NCBI GenBank assembly: GCA_016840855.1
Contig: JAEORO010000090.1
Coordinates: forward strand, 1 to 15,041
DNA from: Candidatus Thorarchaeota archaeon
Lineage (GTDB): Archaea; Asgardarchaeota; Thorarchaeia; Thorarchaeales; Thorarchaeaceae
Direction of reading: 5' to 3'
Length of the DNA stretch: 15,041 nucleotides
The notes under the pieces were generated by a model, which made no database searches, was not told the DNA's origin, and saw only the letters and a program-made list of their open reading frames with translations. This document shows, in pieces, positions 7,758 through 13,695 of the stretch. Numbering within the stretch: position 1 is the first letter of the stretch; each line of letters starts with the position of its first letter. A program made the translations under genes and the position numbers.

Positions 7758-8375
7758 TTACACACCAAGTTCTTTTTCTAAAGCCTTGATGTCTTCCTCA
7801 AGGGTCTCAGCTTCACCAACAGGTCTTGCAACTGTTGCAGCATCAGCTAATCCTGCTTCAGCATCAATCTCTTGAAAAGCAAAGCTGAGGTCTTCAGAAG
7901 ACACTTCCATTGTCGAGTCTAGTGCTTCGTCTGAGATACTAGCCTCAATCTCAAATTCCTCTAGGCGTCGAGCAATCTCATCCACATTAGCAACAAGTTT
8001 TGTAGCATCGGTCCCATCACCAAGCATTCCAAGGATTTTAGCAACTTCTTGAAGGGCTATCGACGTTTTTGCAGATGTCTGAGCACGATTCAGGTGAGCT
8101 AGAATCTTCAGTATCTGCAAACGCGATTTATCAACAGACAGAGCATATCTACGAAACCGTACCATCTCGGTAGCATATGTTCGATAAGCTTCCATTTGGC
8201 TACCTTTTCGTGCTCGGACTGCTCGTGCCTTTGCATCACGTTCTTCTTTTTCTAACTTGTTTCTTTGGCGCGCCAGTTGTTTTGATAGAATCCTGAGGCG
8301 ACTTGATATCTCACCGATGTCTGGTTTCTTTCTACCCCAAGAAAACGCCTTTCTAATTGAACCCAAGAATCTCAC
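7758..8375 (-). CDS. ESCRT-III (Snf7-domain) protein, Vps2/24/46 class
   Basis: Basic N-terminal helical hairpin (LRILSKQLARQRNKLEKEE...AYRTYATEMVRFRR, like Did2/Vps24), acidic C-terminal half, terminal amphipathic helix LEEDIKALEKEL (MIM1-like), and position next to Vps4. Start is GTG 8375 or TTG 8366. Confidence 0.92.
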   Translation of the reverse strand: MRFLGSIRKAFSWGRKKPDIGEISSRLRILSKQLARQRNKLEKEERDAKARAVRARKGSQMEAYRTYATEMVRFRRYALSVDKSRLQILKILAHLNRAQTSAKTSIALQEVAKILGMLGDGTDATKLVANVDEIARRLEEFEIEASISDEALDSTMEVSSEDLSFAFQEIDAEAGLADAATVARPVGEAETLEEDIKALEKELGV

Positions 8376-8518
8376 CTAATTCTAGGAGCTTTAGCTCCAT
8401 TCTCTCAAAGGGAAGATAGCGTTTAAACCTTCGCAGTTCGAAGATGATATCATGTATGTATATGCTGGGTATGACAGAAATTCTTAACACCTTTTGAACA
8501 GTGTTCACATGAACTCAC
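8376..8518. promoter_or_regulatory. Divergent promoter region between ESCRT-III and vps4
   Basis: 143-nt head-to-head gap with palindromic GTTTAAAC (8421-8428), GAAATTCTTAA about 30 nt before the vps4 ATG, and a small inverted repeat GGAGCT-tt-AGCTCC (8385-8398). Confidence 0.45.
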
Positions 8519-9736
8519 ATGGCGGATCGCGTTGATCATGGGCTGAAAGCATTGCTCACAAAGGCAATAGAGCTGGATCAGAGGGGTATGAAAAAAGATG
8601 CTTGCCAAGAGTATCTCAAGGCAAGTAAGATACTTATCAAATTATCAAACTCTGCAGCATTACCCTCTGTCAAAAAGCACTATCTTGACCGAGCTCAAGA
8701 ATGCGTAGACCGGGTAAGGTATCTCTCAGGAATCAAGAAGAAAACACAGGGACCTATAGATGGACTTGTTGTACCTCCAAAAATGGATATAGGCTCAGCA
8801 GAACCTGTTCCAATCCAAGAGACCTCAAAGGCAGATGTAGAGTTAGATGATGATGAAAAAAGACTCAGAGAGATGATATCTGACACCATCATCACTGAGC
8901 GACCGAAAATCAAGATGTCTGAAGTCGCAGGTCTAGGAGATGCAAAACAAGCAATTGATGATGCAATTTTGGCACCCATGAAACACCCAGAACTCTTCAA
9001 AGGAAAAGCACGTCAACCATGGCGGGGCATTCTTTTCTACGGACCTGCAGGTTGTGGTAAGACCCTTGTTGCCAAAGCTGTCGCTTCTGAGGTCAATGCT
9101 ACTTTCTTCAATGTTTCAGCTGCAAACATTGTAAGCAAATGGTTAGGAGAATCGGAAAGGCTAGTGATGAGTCTGTTTGAATTGGCTAGAAAGAACCAAC
9201 CGGCAATCATCTTCATTGATGAACTCGATTCCATTGGGGTTTCCAGATCAGGGGATGACGTGGGAGGTGAACGACGTCTGAAGACGCAGTTGCTTACAGA
9301 ACTGCAAGGATTAGCTAGCAATGAGGAAGACCGTATCACACTCATTGGAGCAACGAACCTCCCATGGGAATTGGATTTTGCTTTACGTTCAAGATTCGAA
9401 AAGAAAATTCATGTTCCTCTACCGGACAGGGAAGCCCGAACAAAGATTTTCGAAATTCATATGGATGATGTAGAAATTTCACCCACTGTTGAATATGAAG
9501 AGCTCGCGGATCTTACAGAGGGATATAGTGGAAGAGACATCAGTGTGGTCTGCCGTGAGGCTGCGATGGAGCCAATAAGGGATTTGCAGCGTTCAGGTAG
9601 AATGGATGATGAGCAGGAGATCCTTGATATTCGTCCTGTATCGAGAGATGATTTCCTATATGCGATAGAAAATATCCGTCCTGCAACTCCCCCAGAGGAT
9701 GTCAAACGATACATTGACTGGGCGGAGGGTTCCTAA
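8519..9736 (+). CDS. vps4: Vps4 AAA+ ATPase with N-terminal MIT domain
   Basis: MIT-like three-helix N-terminus (KAIELDQRGMKKDACQEY...YLDRAQE), PWRGILFYGPAGCGKT Walker A, SKWLGESERLV pore loop 1, IIFIDE Walker B, GATNLPWELD SRH and TEGYSGRDI. Located in an ESCRT context. Confidence 0.95.
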   Translation: MADRVDHGLKALLTKAIELDQRGMKKDACQEYLKASKILIKLSNSAALPSVKKHYLDRAQECVDRVRYLSGIKKKTQGPIDGLVVPPKMDIGSAEPVPIQETSKADVELDDDEKRLREMISDTIITERPKIKMSEVAGLGDAKQAIDDAILAPMKHPELFKGKARQPWRGILFYGPAGCGKTLVAKAVASEVNATFFNVSAANIVSKWLGESERLVMSLFELARKNQPAIIFIDELDSIGVSRSGDDVGGERRLKTQLLTELQGLASNEEDRITLIGATNLPWELDFALRSRFEKKIHVPLPDREARTKIFEIHMDDVEISPTVEYEELADLTEGYSGRDISVVCREAAMEPIRDLQRSGRMDDEQEILDIRPVSRDDFLYAIENIRPATPPEDVKRYIDWAEGS

Positions 9737-9739
9737 AGA

Positions 9740-10477
9740 TTGGGCGTTCGAGAGAGAAAGAGAGAGAAAGAAAAAACAAAGGAATCAGCAGAAACTATAG
9801 AACAGGAACCAAAGGAACCAAAATCAACTTTTGAGAATTCTAAGACCGAGGAAGTAGCACATAGTCCTGATGTTGTTTTGGAAATCACAGAATCAATTGG
9901 AATTGTAGAATCTGGGAACCATGAGGAAGCTACAGAAGAATCAATCGCAGAGGTTGTGATGACCGAACCAGAGTTCGTAATGCCAAGTTGGGGAGATATT
10001 GAGGAAACTGAATGGATGTATGGGATTCCAACAAGAGAAGACGACAAAGGACTTTGGGCAGGAGAATGGGCTGATTACATATTAGAATGGGCTGAGAGAA
10101 GAAAGGTACATGTGCTCTCAGTTGCTACTTTCATTAGTGAACCACCATTCAAAGACTTGAGAAACAAAGTTGATTCATTCAAAGCGATTTCTGAGGTCCT
10201 TATAGAGAAAGAAGTTGCTGAGTGGATAGATAAGAAAAAACGACAGCTTAGAGTCTATTGGCGACCTCTTGAGGATTGGGCAGATATCCTCTATCAATGG
10301 GCACTCAAAACAGGAAAGCTACGGCTTGATGTGAAGTCAATAGTCATTCAGGAAGTAGAAGAAGACTTTGCGAGTTTGCCAGAGAAAGATATACACATTG
10401 TACTAGCTTTAATGGTGAAGAAAGGGCAAGCCAGCTGGATTGATGAGAAGAAAGGTGCAATTCTAATCTCCACTTAG
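9740..10477 (+). CDS. vps25: ESCRT-II Vps25-like tandem winged-helix protein with acidic N-terminal extension
   Basis: EWADYILEWA, AEWIDKKKRQLRVYWRPLEDWADILYQWA and LALMVKKGQA match the Vps25 pattern (human LEWLDKSKSSFLIMWRRPEEWGKLIYQWV). Starts 3 nt after the vps4 stop. Confidence 0.88.
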   Translation: MGVRERKREKEKTKESAETIEQEPKEPKSTFENSKTEEVAHSPDVVLEITESIGIVESGNHEEATEESIAEVVMTEPEFVMPSWGDIEETEWMYGIPTREDDKGLWAGEWADYILEWAERRKVHVLSVATFISEPPFKDLRNKVDSFKAISEVLIEKEVAEWIDKKKRQLRVYWRPLEDWADILYQWALKTGKLRLDVKSIVIQEVEEDFASLPEKDIHIVLALMVKKGQASWIDEKKGAILIST

Positions 10478-10479
10478 CA

Positions 10480-11247
10480 TTAGAATGCGCTATTGTTTCT
10501 TGGATCAGAGCTATCACGAGCCCTGAGTCCAGGGAAATAGTATCGACCCCCTGTGGAAAAACGAATGTCTGCAACAGCCATGCCTGCATCAACTAAACTA
10601 GTTAATACTTGACGAGCGTGATCTTCAGACCATTTGAGCTGTAGAATGACTTCCTCCAAAGAAACATATCCTTTGGCAGCTGCTAGGTTAATCACATCAG
10701 CTTGATCTCTGCGTAGTTCAAGTGGTCGAAGTTCAACGACCTTCACCCCACCTCTGAGAGTTCGAATACCAGGGATGAGACCATTATCAGCCAAACGATT
10801 GACTGATTCTATTACATCATTGTATGTCACAGATTCAAGCTCTGGAAGACGTCTAACAACCTCAACAATCAGCTCAGCCAGCCCCATGATCCCCTTTGAC
10901 GAATGTTCTGTTGCTACATCAAGTATTGCTAGACCGATATAATCGTAGAATTGGTCTAATGTCATGCCTTGGAGTGATCGTCGTGGAGCATGATTAGTAA
11001 GACGGAGCATGTTTGAGGCTTCAGGAAACACTTCGATAATTCGTTCAGATGATACAAAAGTGCCAATATCAAGACCCATCCTTCGCATGTTCTCAATTTG
11101 TGAACGAACATCGTGTAAGAGAGCTGTTGACTCTCTTTGATATGATCGAATATCCACTGCGCCAAGATCATAGAGCTTCTTCAATTGATCAAGAGTAGCA
11201 ATCGAAGCATAGAGTTCCGAATGAAGTCGCTCGTGCATTGGATACAT
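10480..11247 (-). CDS. Vps22/Vps36 (EAP30)-like ESCRT-II subunit with a fused N-terminal Vps28-N-like domain
   Basis: aa ~98-242 (FYDYIGLAILDV...PLELRRDQADVINLAAAKGYVSLEEVILQLKWSEDHARQVLTSLVDAGMAVAD...YYFPGL) aligns by eye with SNF8/Vps22. aa ~4-82 (SELYASIATLDQLKKLY...SYQRESTALL...FPEASNMLR) resembles the Vps28 N-terminal core. Confidence 0.85.
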   Translation of the reverse strand: MYPMHERLHSELYASIATLDQLKKLYDLGAVDIRSYQRESTALLHDVRSQIENMRRMGLDIGTFVSSERIIEVFPEASNMLRLTNHAPRRSLQGMTLDQFYDYIGLAILDVATEHSSKGIMGLAELIVEVVRRLPELESVTYNDVIESVNRLADNGLIPGIRTLRGGVKVVELRPLELRRDQADVINLAAAKGYVSLEEVILQLKWSEDHARQVLTSLVDAGMAVADIRFSTGGRYYFPGLRARDSSDPRNNSAF

Positions 11248-11363
11248 TCCCTTTGTATTCTAATCCGCACTAGGTCGGTAATTGATGTTGAACTGCTAGT
11301 GCTTTAAGAGGGAGTATTATGAGATTATACATAACATCCAATAGGATCACGTAGAACATTGCT

Positions 11364-11375
11364 GAAACTTATATT
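11364..11375 (+). promoter_or_regulatory. Putative BRE/TATA for a leaderless YbjQ-family transcript
   Basis: GAAACTTATATT ends about 22 nt before ATG 11397, and there is no SD. This geometry is typical of archaeal leaderless mRNA. Confidence 0.55.
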
Positions 11376-11396
11376 CCTACATTTTCAACAAGACGT

Positions 11397-11735
11397 ATGA
11401 ACGAAGGAATTATAGTAGTAACACTACCACATTTACCAGGCTATAGAATCATTAGGATAATAGGGATTGTCCATGGACTAACAGTAAGAACTCGAGGCGT
11501 AGGTGGAAAGATTTCTGCTGGTATTTCTGGGATATTTGGAGGTGAAGTGCACTCCTACACTGAGGAATGTGAGAGGTCTAAAGCTGAAGCGTTGATGAGA
11601 CTGCAAGAGAATGCGCTACGCATGGGTGCCAATGCAGTAATTGGTGCAGACTTTGAAACAAGTGATATTCTCGCTGGGACTGCCACGGTTTTTTCAGCTT
11701 ACGGGACTGCGGCTATCGTAGAAGCTGAATACTAG
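11397..11735 (+). CDS. YbjQ/UPF0145 family putative heavy-metal-binding protein
   Basis: LPGYRIIRIIGIVHG, IFGGEVHSYT, ALRMGANAVIG and AYGTAA motifs; 112 aa. Confidence 0.93.
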   Translation: MNEGIIVVTLPHLPGYRIIRIIGIVHGLTVRTRGVGGKISAGISGIFGGEVHSYTEECERSKAEALMRLQENALRMGANAVIGADFETSDILAGTATVFSAYGTAAIVEAEY

Positions 11736-11863
11736 AACTCAGTGATGTGGTCCTTTGGAGTAATATGTAGCGAATTTCCATCAAAGATGCAGTCAATTCC
11801 TTGACGAGGATGCATTCTCGGCGAAACAGTACTCTCAGACTGGGCTTTGAGAGAGAATTTAAT

Positions 11864-13222
11864 TTAGGGTGTTAAACGATCTCGATCACGAGGTAGTAGA
11901 GTTACTTCTCTGATGTTTTCAATGCCCAGAAGTTGCATGGTCATCCGTTCGACACCAAGTCCCAACCCACCATGAGGTGGAGCACCATATTTGAATGGAT
12001 CAAGGTAGAATGAAAAATTATCGGGATTGAAGCCTTTTGCTTTGAATCTTTCAACAAGTAAATCATACAAATGGATACGTTGACTACCAGTTGTTATCTC
12101 CATCCCCTTGTAGGTTAGGTCAAAGCTCTCAGTCATACCTTCATCAGTCATACTTGGCATTGTGTATGCGGGTCTGAGCTCCAATGGATAATGAGTTATG
12201 AACACCATATCAGTGCCATACCTTTCTGGAAATATTTCTCCCAAAATACGTTCACATTCAGGGTCTAGGTCATCAGTGATTGAGAGGTTCTTACCAGCTT
12301 CGTTCACAAGATCAATTGCCTCTGCATATTTTATTCTCTTGAATGGTACTTTTGGAACAGCGAGGTCAACACCTAATAGCTCCAATTCAGCAGCAGCCTT
12401 CTTCTTGGTCATTTTAAATGAATGATGAAGCATGTTTTCCTCCATCTTCATGACATCTTCAACACCACTAATCCATGCCATCTCATAATCGAATGAAGTG
12501 TACTCATTGACATGACGCTTGGTGTTATGTTTCTCAGCTCTAAATACAGGTGCAATCTCATAGACTCGTCCAAAACCAGCGAGGAGCATCAACTGCTTGT
12601 AGAACTGTGGACTCTGAGCGAGGTATGCTTTCCTCTCGAAGTACTTAACCTCGAATAAATTGGCTCCGCCTTCTGTAGCTTCAGCGACGAGTTTAGGTGT
12701 GTGTATCTCAACAAAGTCGTTGTCTTCTAAAAATGCTCTTGCGTAACGAACAAGGCTATGTTGAACCTTGAAGATGGCATTGACTGATGGTTTTCTGAGG
12801 TCGAGAACTCTATAGTTGAGTCTTGTGTCAAGATCAACGTCAGTTCTTCCTTCAACAACATCTATAGGAAGTCGTTCAGACGTGTTCAAGATTCGTATTT
12901 TCAGTGGAATCACTTCAGCACCGGAAGCAACTTGATTTGTGGCAACAACTTTACCAGTGACTGCAACTGCAGTTTCAGGCTTTAAGTTTCCAGAGGTAAC
13001 GAAGACATCCTTTGACACTTTCTTTTCAGGAATAGTGACTTGGACAGTTCCACGCTCATCTCTTAGAACGAGGAACTTGATTTTACCCTTGTCACGGAGT
13101 ATGTGAGTCCATCCCATTAAGACCACTTCAGTCCCTGCTAATTCAGCGGTAATTTGATCACTGAAGTGCGTTCGAACTTCTTCACCAATTTGTTCAGTGC
13201 CTGCAGCTTTATAGAAATCCAT
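11864..13222 (-). CDS. aspS: Aspartate--tRNA ligase, archaeal type (probably non-discriminating)
   Basis: OB-fold GWTHILRDKGKIKFLVLRD, RVLDLR, ATEGGANLF, LAQSPQFYKQ, motif 2 FRAEKHNTKRH and motif 3 GAPPHGGLGLGVER...PRDRDRLTP. Confidence 0.97.
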   Translation of the reverse strand: MDFYKAAGTEQIGEEVRTHFSDQITAELAGTEVVLMGWTHILRDKGKIKFLVLRDERGTVQVTIPEKKVSKDVFVTSGNLKPETAVAVTGKVVATNQVASGAEVIPLKIRILNTSERLPIDVVEGRTDVDLDTRLNYRVLDLRKPSVNAIFKVQHSLVRYARAFLEDNDFVEIHTPKLVAEATEGGANLFEVKYFERKAYLAQSPQFYKQLMLLAGFGRVYEIAPVFRAEKHNTKRHVNEYTSFDYEMAWISGVEDVMKMEENMLHHSFKMTKKKAAAELELLGVDLAVPKVPFKRIKYAEAIDLVNEAGKNLSITDDLDPECERILGEIFPERYGTDMVFITHYPLELRPAYTMPSMTDEGMTESFDLTYKGMEITTGSQRIHLYDLLVERFKAKGFNPDNFSFYLDPFKYGAPPHGGLGLGVERMTMQLLGIENIREVTLLPRDRDRLTP

Positions 13223-13302
13223 CCTTCATGCCTCAGTCTAAGTTCAATCTGCAGAAACGCGAGTACATTATGAGGCTTTTGGAACCATTAAGATTACGAG
13301 TT

Positions 13303-13338
13303 GAAGATGGTCTGGGAAATTTCCCAGAATCCACCTTC
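13303..13338 (-). repeat. Intergenic inverted repeat with a perfect 18-bp palindromic core (hairpin or operator)
   Basis: TCTGGGAAATTTCCCAGA (13311-13328) is its own reverse complement. The flanks GAAGATGG and CCACCTTC extend the stem, with a G-U pair on the minus strand. Confidence 0.8.
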
Positions 13339-13354
13339 TAGATCACTGTTCCCA

Positions 13355-13588
13355 TTACATGGGCGCTCGAACCAGCTCGTAGACCCGCTCCCTCGCGTCG
13401 TTCTCATGTTCTTCTTCCCGAATGAGACCTAGAGCCTTTAATCTACTAAGACCATAGTTCACTGTTCTAGGAGGAAGGTATGTGTTGCTAATTAGGTCTT
13501 GCCGGGACATTCGTCGCCGGTTCTTAAGCAGCACATATAGGAACTTCGCAGAAGGAGGTAGAGACAAGAATGAGCGTCTGGCAAACAT
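13355..13588 (-). CDS. Small winged-HTH (MarR/TrmB-like) transcriptional regulator
   Basis: LPPSAKFLYVLL...LPPRTVNYGLSRLKALGLI...DARERVYEL matches the widespread archaeal 'LPPSAK...DARQ' wHTH family. SD-like AGGTGGGA lies upstream. Confidence 0.85.
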   Translation of the reverse strand: MFARRSFLSLPPSAKFLYVLLKNRRRMSRQDLISNTYLPPRTVNYGLSRLKALGLIREEEHENDARERVYELVRAPM

Positions 13589-13695
13589 GATCCCACCTTA
13601 GAATTGTAACCATGTGTTTAATACCTCCGTATGATTTTCGTTTTCAGATACATATCAACAAATAAGAGTTGGCATTTCGGTGATTACAGGTTAAT

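Noticed and set aside
7758-8375. Alternative call as PspA/Vipp1 or crenarchaeal CdvB
   Set aside because: The sequence pattern is Did2/Vps24-like, the neighbours are ESCRT-II genes, and neither cdvA nor a CdvB-type C-terminal wH domain is seen.
8519-9736. Alternative call as katanin p60, spastin, Cdc48 or PAN
   Set aside because: A single AAA module with an MIT domain, flanked by ESCRT-III and Vps25, fits Vps4.
9748-9780. GA/A-rich low-complexity run at the start of vps25
   Set aside because: Explained by Arg/Glu/Lys codons; no frameshift is needed to keep the ORF open.
6287-11171. Short antisense ORFs within the ESCRT locus (6287-6493, 6475-6798, 8695-9000, 9037-9345, 9457-9714, 9733-10047, 10344-10592) and alternate-frame ORF 10962-11171
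   Set aside because: They overlap strongly supported genes and have no independent motifs.
13303-13338. Hairpin as a SECIS element or classical intrinsic terminator
   Set aside because: No AUGA/GA quartet, no in-frame UGA in the upstream gene (it ends TAA) and no U-tract after the stem.
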